Assembly: GCA_035703635.1 (NCBI GenBank)
Contig: DASSXV010000088.1
Location: forward strand, 1-37,779
DNA from: Trueperaceae bacterium
GTDB taxonomy: Bacteria; Deinococcota; Deinococci; Deinococcales; Trueperaceae
Reading direction: 5' to 3'
DNA length: 37,779 nt
The position numbers and the translations under genes were made by a program. A model generated the notes under the pieces. The model was given only the letters and a program-made list of their open reading frames with translations, did no database searches and was not told the origin of the DNA. This document shows positions 28,083 to 36,915 of the stretch, piece after piece. How positions within the stretch are numbered: position 1 is the first letter of the stretch; each line of letters begins with the position of its first letter.

Positions 28083-28841
28083 TTACCCGGCCGACCAACC
28101 GAGGTCAATGCTCTGGACGCTGCCGGTCACGCCCCAGGCCGCTTCTGAGGCGAGGTAGCTAACCAAGCCTGCCACGTCGGCCGGCTCCAGCATGCGCTTG
28201 ATGGCCGCGTGCTCCAAGAAGACCTTGGACTCCACCTCGGCGGGCGCCAAGTTGCGTGTGCGCGCCTGGTCGAGAACCTGTGCCTCCACCAGCGGGGTGC
28301 GCACGTAGGCTGGCGCCACCACGTTCGCGGTTATGCCGTCCTTGCCACCCTCCAGTGCCGCCACCCTGGCCAGGCCGACCACGCCATGCTTCGCGGCTAC
28401 GTACGCGCCCTTGAAGGGGCTCGCGGTGAGGCTGTGGGCGCTGCCCATGTAGATGATGCGGCCGCTACCAGTGCGCTTCAAGGCTTCCCAGGCGTACTTG
28501 GTCAGCAGAAACGGACCCGTGAGCATGAGTGCGAGCATGTCGTCCCAAAGCTCTTCCGGGAAGTCGACTAGCGCGTCGAGGTGCTGGTAGCCTGCGTTGA
28601 CGACTAGTACGTCCAGCCCGCCTGCCGACTCGACGGTGGCCGATACTGCCGCAGCGCAGCCGGCGCGCGTTGCCAGGTCGGCTATGACGTGTCCGCACCC
28701 GAGTTCAGTAGCGACCTCGACCGCGGCCGCTTCGTTCTTGTCGGCGATGACTACCTTCAGCCCGTCAGCTACCAGCCGCTTGGCGCACGCCGCTCCGATA
28801 CCGCTCGCTCCGCCCGTAACCAGTGCAACACGTTCACTCAT
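28083..28841 (-). CDS. bdhA: D-3-hydroxybutyrate dehydrogenase (SDR)
   Basis: TGGASGIG, NAGYQH, SAHSLTASPFKGAYVAAKHG, YVRTPLVEAQ. Confidence 0.82.
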   Translation of the reverse strand: MSERVALVTGGASGIGAACAKRLVADGLKVVIADKNEAAAVEVATELGCGHVIADLATRAGCAAAVSATVESAGGLDVLVVNAGYQHLDALVDFPEELWDDMLALMLTGPFLLTKYAWEALKRTGSGRIIYMGSAHSLTASPFKGAYVAAKHGVVGLARVAALEGGKDGITANVVAPAYVRTPLVEAQVLDQARTRNLAPAEVESKVFLEHAAIKRMLEPADVAGLVSYLASEAAWGVTGSVQSIDLGWSAG

Positions 28842-28935
28842 GGTGATGGGAGTCTACGCTCCCCAGCGCTGCGTTGGCACTGCGGTCTGCTAGGCCAGCA
28901 ACCGTGCATTTGATAATACCTACAAGGGAACAGAT

Positions 28936-30057
28936 TCACTGGCCCAGGCCAGCCAACTCCCGCAGCACGGAACCGAGAACATCGACCGCCAGCAAGTACT
29001 CGCCAAGGGGCAAACGCTCCTCTGGGGTGTGATCGAGGCTCGAGTCGCCTGGGCCGTAAGCCACCATGGGCACGTTCCAATAGGGCGCCACCACGTTCAT
29101 ATCGGAGGTACCGGTCTTGAGGCTGGGCGTCGGACTCCCATCCGCGGCGCGAATGGCGACGCGGAAGGCGCGTGCTAGCGCGCTGTGGTTGCTCGCGCGC
29201 TGGGCGTCTAGGCCCTCCGTGAACTCCAGCTCTACCCCGTCTGGCAGACCTATGTCGGCAAGCGCCTGTCGCAACGCGCCAGCGTCCCAACGCGGCGGCA
29301 CCCGCAAGCTGGCCTTGGCGCGACACCACTCCTCGAGGCCGTCGCTGCCGGACTCCACCCCAAGGAGCGTGACCTGCAGCCGCTCGAACAGCCCATCGAT
29401 GCCCTCGTTGTCGTCGCGGACCCATGCGCGCAGGGCAGAGTAGGCGTCGACGGCCACCTCCGCCGCGCTGGCGTCCTCCCTGGCAGAGTGCGCGCCCGAA
29501 CGCCGCGCGCCAATCGTCACGCCAAGGCGCCCCTTGTACCCGAGGGTGTAGCGCTCCCAGCCGCTTGGCTCGCCAACGACGAGCAGGTCGGGCGCGGGGT
29601 ACGCAGCTACGGCGTGGCGTGCGCCTCTGCTGCTAGGCGCTTCCTCCTCCACCGCCCCGATGACGGTCAGGGTCAGTTGCTCCCACACGCTGTCAGGCGC
29701 CCGCGTGGCGGCGGCGAGCGCGGCGCACAAGCTGCCCTTCGCATCCACCACTCCACGCCCGTGCAGCTCACAGTCTTCGATGCGGACGGCGATGGCGCCT
29801 GGCACCGTATCGATGTGGCCGAGGAACGTCACCTTGAGAGGCCCTGCGCCCCAGACGGCGACGGCGTTCCCGGCCGCGTCAACGAACTGCTCCCGTGCAC
29901 TGCCGCTGATGGCACTCGTGAGGTAGTGCGCCACGGCGCTCTCATCACCCGACAGGCTCGGCGTGGCTACGGCCCCGAACAGGAGTTGCACAGCGTCTGC
30001 ATCCGACATCCCCGAGCTGGCTGCCGCAGTCTGCCGCACCCGTCCTGCGACCATCAC
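28936..30057 (-). CDS. lysK: [LysW]-lysine hydrolase (M20 family)
   Basis: GHIDTVPG, GRGVVDAKG, VEEE, GEPSG, KTGTSDMN, YGPGDSSLDHTPEE; last gene of the LysW operon. Confidence 0.92.
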   Translation of the reverse strand: MMVAGRVRQTAAASSGMSDADAVQLLFGAVATPSLSGDESAVAHYLTSAISGSAREQFVDAAGNAVAVWGAGPLKVTFLGHIDTVPGAIAVRIEDCELHGRGVVDAKGSLCAALAAATRAPDSVWEQLTLTVIGAVEEEAPSSRGARHAVAAYPAPDLLVVGEPSGWERYTLGYKGRLGVTIGARRSGAHSAREDASAAEVAVDAYSALRAWVRDDNEGIDGLFERLQVTLLGVESGSDGLEEWCRAKASLRVPPRWDAGALRQALADIGLPDGVELEFTEGLDAQRASNHSALARAFRVAIRAADGSPTPSLKTGTSDMNVVAPYWNVPMVAYGPGDSSLDHTPEERLPLGEYLLAVDVLGSVLRELAGLGQ

Positions 30058-31223
30058 GCGCGCAGTTCCTCCGCCACCAACGCGACGGCGCGGTCGACCT
30101 CGGCGGGCTGCACGATGAGGGGCGGCAGGAACCTCACCACCGTCGCGCCAGCGGCCACCGCAAGCAGCCCACGCTCGCGCAGGCCAGCCACTACCGGCCC
30201 GACGCGCTCCTTCAACTCCATGCCGACCATCAGGCCGCGGCCCCGTACTTCCCTGACCCGCTGGCTAGTGATAGCGCGCAAGCCGGCCATCAGGCGCTCA
30301 CCCATGACCGCCGCGTTGGTAAGCAGGTCACGCTCAGCAAGTTCGGCCAACACCGCCAGTGCCGCTGCGCAGGCTAGTGGGTTGCCGCCGAACGTGGAGC
30401 CGTGCCCGGCGCGCGGCATGGCGCGCGCGACTGAGTCCGTCATGAGCGTGGCACCGATCGGCACGCCGCCAGCGAGGCCCTTGGCGAGCGTGACCACGTC
30501 GGGCGTTACCCCAGCGGCATGCGACGCGAGGAAGGTGCCGGTGCGCCCAACGCCGCACTGCACCTCGTCGAACACGAGCAGCGCACCGTGACGCTCGGTC
30601 ACCTCGCGGGCGAACTCCAAGTAGCCGGCGGGCGCGGGCTGCACGCCGCCCTCACCCTGAACCGGTTCCACTATGAACGCGGCCGTGTCGTCGTTGACGG
30701 CGGCGGCCAGCGCCTCCGCGTCCCCGAACGTCACGAACTCGACTTCGCCAGGCAGGGGCTCGAAAGGCTTGCGGTACGAGGCCTCCCACGTGACCGCAAG
30801 CGACCCGAGGGTACGTCCAGCGAAACCGCGCTTGGCGGCTACGATGCGCGTGCGGCCAGTAGCTGCCCGCGCCCACTTGACGGCCGCCTCGTTAGCTTCG
30901 CTGCCCGAGTTGGATAAGAACGCGCGTTCAAGCGGCGCGCCAACCACTTGAAAGAGACGCTCGAGGAACTCGGCCCTCACGTCGTTGGCTTGGCTCTGAG
31001 GGCAGACGATCAGGCGCTCTGCCTGCCCCGCGATGGCGGCAGCCAAGCGCGCGTTGCCGTGACCGACGCTCGCCACCCCGATGCCCGCCATGAAGTCGAG
31101 GTACTTGCGCCCGGCCTCGTCGTAGAGGAACACACCCTGACCCCGAACGAACGCCGTCTGCGGGGAGTAGAGCCGCGAGTCGTGGCGCGCCTCGCGCTCG
31201 ACGACGGTCATGGGCGGCGTCAC
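30054..31223 (-). CDS. lysJ: [LysW]-aminoadipate semialdehyde transaminase (class III PLP)
   Basis: SNSGSEANE, EPVQGEGG, DEVQCGVGRTG, LAKGLAGG, HGSTFGGNP. Confidence 0.92.
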   Translation of the reverse strand: MTPPMTVVEREARHDSRLYSPQTAFVRGQGVFLYDEAGRKYLDFMAGIGVASVGHGNARLAAAIAGQAERLIVCPQSQANDVRAEFLERLFQVVGAPLERAFLSNSGSEANEAAVKWARAATGRTRIVAAKRGFAGRTLGSLAVTWEASYRKPFEPLPGEVEFVTFGDAEALAAAVNDDTAAFIVEPVQGEGGVQPAPAGYLEFAREVTERHGALLVFDEVQCGVGRTGTFLASHAAGVTPDVVTLAKGLAGGVPIGATLMTDSVARAMPRAGHGSTFGGNPLACAAALAVLAELAERDLLTNAAVMGERLMAGLRAITSQRVREVRGRGLMVGMELKERVGPVVAGLRERGLLAVAAGATVVRFLPPLIVQPAEVDRAVALVAEELRA

Positions 31224-32032
31224 GCCACCACCGTGCCGTGTCCTGCCAGGGCGCGGCGCACTGGTTGCGCTACACGCGCATCTCCTAGCACCACGCGGCC
31301 GACTCCGCCCTGCACGGCAGCCACGGCGCCCATCACCTTCTTCTTCATGCGCCCGTGCGCGAACTGTTGGGCGGCGTCGCTGTCGGCGGCAGCGATGTGC
31401 GCCACGAGCGAGCTCTCGTCAGGGAACGCGCGCAATAGACCGGGCACGTTCGAGAGGAGCAGTAAGGCAGCGGCGCCCAAGCCGACCGCAACGGCGGCGG
31501 CGGCGCGGTCGCCATCGACGTTCATGGCCACCCCCTCGTGACTGATGGCCGGCGGCGTGAGGACCGGCAGGTAACCCGCGCCAAGCAGCAGCTCCAGCAG
31601 GGCGGTGTTGACGCGCTCGACCGTGCCCGTGTGATCACCACGCAAGAGCAGCACGCGCCCGTCCTCGACGGACCTGACGGTGCCCTTGAACGACCCTTCG
31701 AAGAGGCGCCCATCTATGCCGGAGAGCCCAACCGCATTAACGCCGCGCGCCTGCAGGCGCTCGACGATCCCCTTGTTGACCTTGCCGCAGTAGACCATCT
31801 CGAACACCTCGAGCGTGGCGCGGTCCGTGTAACGGCTCTGGTGGCCACTAGGGCTGGTGACGAAGCGGGGCGGGACGCCCAACTGGGCCGAGATGCGATT
31901 GGTCTCCGCGCTACCTCCGTGCACGAGCACGACGCTCACCCCTTCTTGCCACAGGGCGGCCACGTCGTCGCACACGCTGTCCAAGTCGATGCCCTCCGAC
32001 CCGCCGACCTTGACGACAACTGGGGCGCTCAC
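31220..32032 (-). CDS. lysZ: [LysW]-aminoadipate kinase
   Basis: VVKVGG, VHGGS, SPSGHQSRYTD, NVDGDRAA, GRMKKKV. Confidence 0.94.
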   Translation of the reverse strand: MSAPVVVKVGGSEGIDLDSVCDDVAALWQEGVSVVLVHGGSAETNRISAQLGVPPRFVTSPSGHQSRYTDRATLEVFEMVYCGKVNKGIVERLQARGVNAVGLSGIDGRLFEGSFKGTVRSVEDGRVLLLRGDHTGTVERVNTALLELLLGAGYLPVLTPPAISHEGVAMNVDGDRAAAAVAVGLGAAALLLLSNVPGLLRAFPDESSLVAHIAAADSDAAQQFAHGRMKKKVMGAVAAVQGGVGRVVLGDARVAQPVRRALAGHGTVVA

Positions 32033-33063
32033 GGGTGGAGACCGGTGAAGCCGAGGCCGGCCGCCTCGGGGAGTCCCATGGCGATGTTGAGCGACTGCAG
32101 GGCGTGCCCCGCCGTGCCCTTCACAAGGTTGTCTAGCGCCGCCATCACGACGAGCCTGCCGCTGGCCTCGTCCAGTTCGAAACCGACGTCACAGTAGTTG
32201 CTGCCGTCCAAGATCTTCGGGTCCGGCACGCGGTGCACTCCCCTGCGCGCCCGCACGATGCGCACGAACGGCTCGGCGTCGTATGCGTCGCGGAACGCGG
32301 CCAGCACAGTAGCGTCCGTAACGCCTTCCCGCACGAAGGTGTGAGCGGTGACCAGCACGCCCCTGATGCGCTCGATGGCGGTAGCGGTCAGGTGGACGGT
32401 CGGGGCGCCTGGCAGCGCCTCTGCGATCTCGGCCTGGTGGCGGTGACGTGTAGGCGCGTACGTGCGCACTGCCCCTGAGCGCTCAGGGTGGTGCGAGGCG
32501 CCTGAGACGCTGCTGCCGCCCGCGCTGCTGCCGATCTTGGCGTCGAGGATGACGTCGCGCGCCTCATCTAGTAGCGCCACCGTTGGGTGCAGCGCCAGGA
32601 TGGCCGCCGTGGCGATGCAGCCAGCACCGGCTATGCGCTGCGCTCCCTGTAGCCGTTCGCGGTTGAGTTCCGGGTTGGCATAAACGAACGTGCCGAGGAG
32701 GTCCGGTCGGCTGTGCGCCTCCTTGTGGTGAGCAGCGTACGCCGCCTCGTTCGGCAAGCGGAAGTCCTCGGACAAGTCGACGAGGTGCGGCGCGAGCGGC
32801 GCGACATCTTCGATGCGCTTGGCGAGTTCCCCGTGTGGCAAGGCGGCGATGACTACGTCGCACGCGCTCAGGTCGTCAGGGTGGCTGAAGCGCAAGTCGG
32901 TTACGCCGCGCAGGTTGGGGTGCACCAGGTGAACGGGGTGGCCGGCGTGCTCGCGACTCGTGACCTGCGCGACCTCGAGGGCGGGATGCCCGAGCGCCAG
33001 CCGCAGGAACTCGCCGCCGGCGTAGCCCGACCCGCCTACGATGCTGACGCGCGCCCTGCTCAC
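32029..33063 (-). CDS. lysY: [LysW]-aminoadipyl-phosphate reductase (ArgC family)
   Basis: [41 protein letters not shown]. Confidence 0.94.
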   Translation of the reverse strand: MSRARVSIVGGSGYAGGEFLRLALGHPALEVAQVTSREHAGHPVHLVHPNLRGVTDLRFSHPDDLSACDVVIAALPHGELAKRIEDVAPLAPHLVDLSEDFRLPNEAAYAAHHKEAHSRPDLLGTFVYANPELNRERLQGAQRIAGAGCIATAAILALHPTVALLDEARDVILDAKIGSSAGGSSVSGASHHPERSGAVRTYAPTRHRHQAEIAEALPGAPTVHLTATAIERIRGVLVTAHTFVREGVTDATVLAAFRDAYDAEPFVRIVRARRGVHRVPDPKILDGSNYCDVGFELDEASGRLVVMAALDNLVKGTAGHALQSLNIAMGLPEAAGLGFTGLHP

Positions 33064-33905
33064 GCCACCAGCTCCAGTTGCGCGGCGGCGTGCCTGGCGA
33101 TAAGGCCGGGGATGTCGACGCCCGTCGTCGTTATGGAGTTGCGGAACTCCATGGTGTGGTTGACCTCGATGACGAGGAGCCCGCGCGCCGACTCGACGAG
33201 GTCGATGGCGAGGATCCCGCCGCCCACGGCGCGAGCAGCGCCGAGCGTGACCGCGACGAGGTCTTCAGTCAACGGGCAGTTGCTCGCCACGCCGCCGCGC
33301 GCCGTGTTCGTGATCCAGTCGTCGGACGTGCGGTAGATGGCAGCTACGACCTCGTCGCCGATCACGAACGCCCGGATGTCGCGCCCCGGCTTGTCGATGT
33401 ACTCCTGCAGGTAGTGCACCTTGTGCTCGGGGCCGCCGAGGACTTCCTTGTACTCGAGGAGCGCCTCGGCCGCCGCGCGTGACTCCAGCCGCGCCACTAG
33501 CCTGCCCCAACTACCAACGAGCGGCTTGATGACGACCGGGTAACCGAGTCGCTCCGCCTCCGCTAGAGCCGCGTCCCTGTCGACGGCGACGCTCGTGCGC
33601 GGCGTCGGCACGCCGTGACGCACGAGGGCGGCGCTGGTGGCGAGCTTGTCGCCGCACACCTCCATGACCTCCGGCCGGTTGAGGACAACGCTGCCTGCCG
33701 CCTGGTAGGCGCGCGCAAGGCTAAGCCCGCGCCACTGCGACACGCAGCGTTGCAGCACTACCGCTGGCGCGGCGGCGCCGAGCTCGATGGCGATGGTCGC
33801 CGCGTAGAGCGGCGTGCACGGAACGCCAACGCGCTCGAAGGCGTCGAACAGCAGGCGTTCCTCTTCGCGCAAACGGTCGTAGACCACCACCACCGAGTCG
33901 GTCAC
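33060..33905 (-). CDS. lysX: alpha-aminoadipate--LysW ligase (ATP-grasp, RimK family)
   Basis: [46 protein letters not shown]. Confidence 0.95.
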   Translation of the reverse strand: MTDSVVVVYDRLREEERLLFDAFERVGVPCTPLYAATIAIELGAAAPAVVLQRCVSQWRGLSLARAYQAAGSVVLNRPEVMEVCGDKLATSAALVRHGVPTPRTSVAVDRDAALAEAERLGYPVVIKPLVGSWGRLVARLESRAAAEALLEYKEVLGGPEHKVHYLQEYIDKPGRDIRAFVIGDEVVAAIYRTSDDWITNTARGGVASNCPLTEDLVAVTLGAARAVGGGILAIDLVESARGLLVIEVNHTMEFRNSITTTGVDIPGLIARHAAAQLELVA

Positions 33906-34066
33906 TCGCCCCAGTCCTCGGCCTCTTCCGGCGCTAGTTCGAAGCGTAGCGGCTCGAGGCCGACGACTTCGAGTTCCGCGCCCTCGTCCGTTACAAGCAG
34001 CTCGCCGAGCATGAGGGTGGCTGGGTCGAGGGTCAGGCGTCCGTGTGGGGTGTCGATGAGTTGCAT
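33902..34066 (-). CDS. lysW: amino-group carrier protein LysW (54 aa, missed by the ORF track)
   Basis: Manual translation [55 protein letters not shown]-terminal EDWGE; GGAGGAG RBS; GTGA overlap with lysX. Confidence 0.96.
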   Translation of the reverse strand: MQLIDTPHGRLTLDPATLMLGELLVTDEGAELEVVGLEPLRFELAPEEAEDWGE

Positions 34067-34201
34067 GGTCTCCTCCGTTTTCCTTCGTCGCGAGCTGCGC
34101 AGGCCAGAGCGCTGGCAGCCAGAGCGTCGGCGCGAACAGTAGCTTTCGTTTCTAAGGTCGGCGTTTCGGCGCCGCGTGCTCAGGCCGAACGGCCGAGGGG
34201 C

Positions 34202-34230
34202 AGCTTAGACCGCTACGACGAGTGTGTCAA
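34202..34230 (-). promoter_or_regulatory. sigma70-type promoter of the lys operon
   Basis: Minus strand TTGACA-N17-TAAGCT, about 135 nt upstream of the lysW ATG. Confidence 0.75.
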
Positions 34231-34373
34231 CCCCACGTTTTAGCGATGGGAATGGGCGTTCCTGTAGATTCGAAGGTGGTTCGAACATCGTCCGGAAGGA
34301 TGCAAGGCGCGCTCCGCTAGCACCACACGGCTAACGGCCGAACTCGGCCATGTACTTACGAATCGTAAGTGTG

Positions 34374-35771
34374 CTAGAGCAACGTGCCCGTGAGGATCAG
34401 TTTGGCGAGAGCGAAGAAGATGACGATGCCGGTAACATCGACGATCGTCGCAACGAACGGCGTCGACGAGGCGGCGGGGTCCGCGCCCATGCGCTTTAGG
34501 AGTATCGGCAGCAGCGACCCGGTGAGCGACCCCCACAGCACGACCCCGACGAGCGAGATGGCGATGGTCACGGCGATCAGAAGCCACGCGTCGCCGTACG
34601 AGTCGAAGGCGAAGCGCCAGATGGCCACCCGCAAGAACCCTAGGAGCCCTAGCAGCCCGCCTAATGCCAACCCAGCACCGAGCTCGCGGCGCATGATATG
34701 CAACCAGTCCCTCACCCCGACCTCGCCGAGCGCCATGGCGCGCGTGACGAGGGCAGCCGCCTGCGAGCCGGAGTTGCCGCCGCTTGAGATGATGAGGGGC
34801 AGGAAGAGCGCGAGCACCACGGCGCTGGCGATCTCCGCCTCGAAGAAGCCCATGGCGGTCGCCGTGAGGGTCTGGCCTAGGAAGAGGAGCACGAGCCAGA
34901 ACGCGCGCTTACGGATGACGCGGCCCAACGAGATGCTGAGGTACGGCTCCTCGAGCGCTTCCACCCCACCGAGCATCTGGATGTCCTCTGTCGCCTCTTC
35001 CTCGGCAACGTCGAGGACGTCGTCGACCGTCACGATCCCGATGATCACCCCGTCCGAGTCGACGACGGGCAGGGCGGAGCGGTCGTGCTTGCGGAACACC
35101 GCGACGGCGGCTTCCTGGTCGTCAGAAGCGTGCAGCGCCACGAACTGCTCGTCGATCATCTGGTCGATGCGCGTACTCGGGTCCACCAGGAGCAGCTCGC
35201 GCATGCGCAGGTCGTCGATCAGCACGCCGCCCGGCCCGGTCACGTAGACGACGTTGAGGGTCTCGGAGTCGCGCCCGTACACCCGCACGTGGTCGAGGGC
35301 CTGACCGGCCGTCCACTGGCGCTTGACTGCCACGTAGTCCGGCGTCATGAGGCGGCCGATCGACTCCTCCGGGTAGTTGAGGAGGCGCGTAGCCACGTCG
35401 CGCTCTGCCGGGGTGAGGAGGTTCATGAGACGCCGGGTTACCTCGCCGGGGAGCTCCTCGAGGAGCGCCGTGCGGTCGTCGGCCGACATCTCGTTGAGGA
35501 TGCCAGCCACTTCGCGGTCGCCTAGCGCCTTTATCAGGCGTTCTTGGGAGGCGAGGGTGAGGTACTCGAAGGTATCGAGCGCCCGCTCGCGCCCCAGCAA
35601 ACGGAAGACGACGGCCTCCGCCTCGTTCGGCAGCGCCTCGAGCACGTCAGCCATGTCCGGCGGTCCGAACTGCCCGAGCCGTTGGTGGATCTGGTCGAAG
35701 CGGCGCTCAGCGACCAGGCGCTCGAGCTCCGCTACTTGCTCTGGGGCCGCAGCAGTCTCAGGTCCTGGCAT
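34374..35771 (-). CDS. mgtE: magnesium transporter MgtE
   Basis: MgtE N-domain, CBS pair (IGRLMTPDY, GIVTVDD), EEATEDI, SSGGNSGSQ, DPAASSTPFVATIVD; ATG overlaps the yfbR stop (TGATG). Confidence 0.95.
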   Translation of the reverse strand: MPGPETAAAPEQVAELERLVAERRFDQIHQRLGQFGPPDMADVLEALPNEAEAVVFRLLGRERALDTFEYLTLASQERLIKALGDREVAGILNEMSADDRTALLEELPGEVTRRLMNLLTPAERDVATRLLNYPEESIGRLMTPDYVAVKRQWTAGQALDHVRVYGRDSETLNVVYVTGPGGVLIDDLRMRELLLVDPSTRIDQMIDEQFVALHASDDQEAAVAVFRKHDRSALPVVDSDGVIIGIVTVDDVLDVAEEEATEDIQMLGGVEALEEPYLSISLGRVIRKRAFWLVLLFLGQTLTATAMGFFEAEIASAVVLALFLPLIISSGGNSGSQAAALVTRAMALGEVGVRDWLHIMRRELGAGLALGGLLGLLGFLRVAIWRFAFDSYGDAWLLIAVTIAISLVGVVLWGSLTGSLLPILLKRMGADPAASSTPFVATIVDVTGIVIFFALAKLILTGTLL

Positions 35772-36352
35772 CAGTTCAGCTCGTCCAGGGTGAGGCGGAA
35801 GGACGGCACGAACGCCTCCATGAAGTAGCGCACGGCTGGGTCCTCGATCGCGGCGAGTTCCTTGAAGATCGCCTGCTCGGCGCGCACGAACTCGAGGTTG
35901 CCCGCCTTGGCCTCCTCGAGGCACTTGAGGTAAGCGCAGATCTTGTCGGCCTGCTTGACGAGCTTCCAACACGCGGCGTCGTCCGGTCCGGGAAAGAAGA
36001 GCGGTGCGTAGTCTGCCTGCAGTTCGGGCGGCAGCATGCCGAGCAGCCGCCTGCGCGCGACCGTCTCGATGCCGCCAAGCGCCTCCTTGATGCTCGGCGT
36101 GAAGTACTTGACTGGCGTCGGCACGTCGCCGGTGATGACCTCTTCTGCATCGTGGAACACGGCGAGCAGCGCAGTGCGCTCGGGGTCAACCGCCCCGCCG
36201 AGTTGGCGGTTGGTGATGACGGCCAGGGCGTGCGCCACCATGGCAACCTGCAAGGAATGCTCCTGCGTGTTCTCTGCCCTGGTGTTACGCATGAGGCCCC
36301 AGCGTTGGATGAACTTGAGCCTGGCTACGTACGCGAAGAAATGGCTGGTCAC
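35771..36352 (-). CDS. yfbR: 5'-deoxynucleotidase, HD domain
   Basis: SHFFAY..RLKFIQRWGLMRN..EN..EHS, FHDAEEVITGDVPTPVKY, VKQADKICAYLKC.EE..GN.EF. Confidence 0.92.
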   Translation of the reverse strand: MTSHFFAYVARLKFIQRWGLMRNTRAENTQEHSLQVAMVAHALAVITNRQLGGAVDPERTALLAVFHDAEEVITGDVPTPVKYFTPSIKEALGGIETVARRRLLGMLPPELQADYAPLFFPGPDDAACWKLVKQADKICAYLKCLEEAKAGNLEFVRAEQAIFKELAAIEDPAVRYFMEAFVPSFRLTLDELN

Positions 36353-36383
36353 GCCCGCCATCGTATCCGTATGAAACAATCCA

Positions 36384-36412
36384 TTGACGCCTAGCGCTCT
36401 CATCATTAGGCT
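36384..36412 (+). promoter_or_regulatory. sigma70-type promoter
   Basis: TTGACG-N17-TAGGCT upstream of the AGGAGG RBS of the 36433 gene. Confidence 0.65.
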
Positions 36413-36432
36413 CGAGCAGTAGGAGGACATAA

Positions 36433-36795
36433 GTGAAGCGTCTCGCCCTCATCGCTCTCGGTCTCATCGTGGTCTTGGTAGCCGCGTGCGCACCTGCGCC
36501 GTCCATCGCCACCAACGTGCCCGTGACCCTCATCTCGGTGTCTGTCCCCGCCATCAAGGGCGACGCCGTCGTCCTTCAAGGCCGCTACTTCGGTGACGGC
36601 CGCACCGGCGGCGACGCCGCGAACTACGTGATCGTCGGGTCCAACGCAGAAGGCAACGGCGGCCAGAAGGCCACCATCCTCGATTGGTCCCCGACGCGCA
36701 TCACCTTCGTGGCCCCGGAAACCGGCGGCAACGGTTGGGTGTTCGTCTACGCTGGGGGCATCAAGAGCAACGGGCTCCCCACCAACCTGCCTTAA
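36433..36795 (+). CDS. small lipoprotein with IPT/TIG-like domain
   Basis: Lipobox VAAC; GDAVVLQGRYFG, WSPTRITFVAP, VFVYAGGIKSN. Confidence 0.8.
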   Translation: MKRLALIALGLIVVLVAACAPAPSIATNVPVTLISVSVPAIKGDAVVLQGRYFGDGRTGGDAANYVIVGSNAEGNGGQKATILDWSPTRITFVAPETGGNGWVFVYAGGIKSNGLPTNLP

Positions 36796-36844
36796 CCGCA
36801 ACTTCTTCCCTCGCGGCGACTCCTCCGCTTGCCGCGCCACTAGC

Positions 36845-36876
36845 CGAGGTGGCTGCCCTACGGGGCGGTCACCTCG
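36845..36876 (+). terminator. stem-loop after the lipoprotein gene (possible terminator)
   Basis: CGAGGTGGCTGCCC-tacg-GGGCGGTCACCTCG with G:U pairs, followed by CTTCT. Confidence 0.55.
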
Positions 36877-36915
36877 CTTCTGCTGCGCTACTGCCGAGGT
36901 GTAGACTCCCGTACG

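Noticed and set aside
34067-34200. Canonical lysine riboswitch or attenuator peptide before lysW
   Set aside because: No L-box consensus and no start codon or Lys-rich ORF in the leader.
35772-35972. Longer mgtE start proposed by the ORF track
   Set aside because: It overlaps the yfbR coding sequence; the TGATG coupling at 35769-35773 gives the better start.
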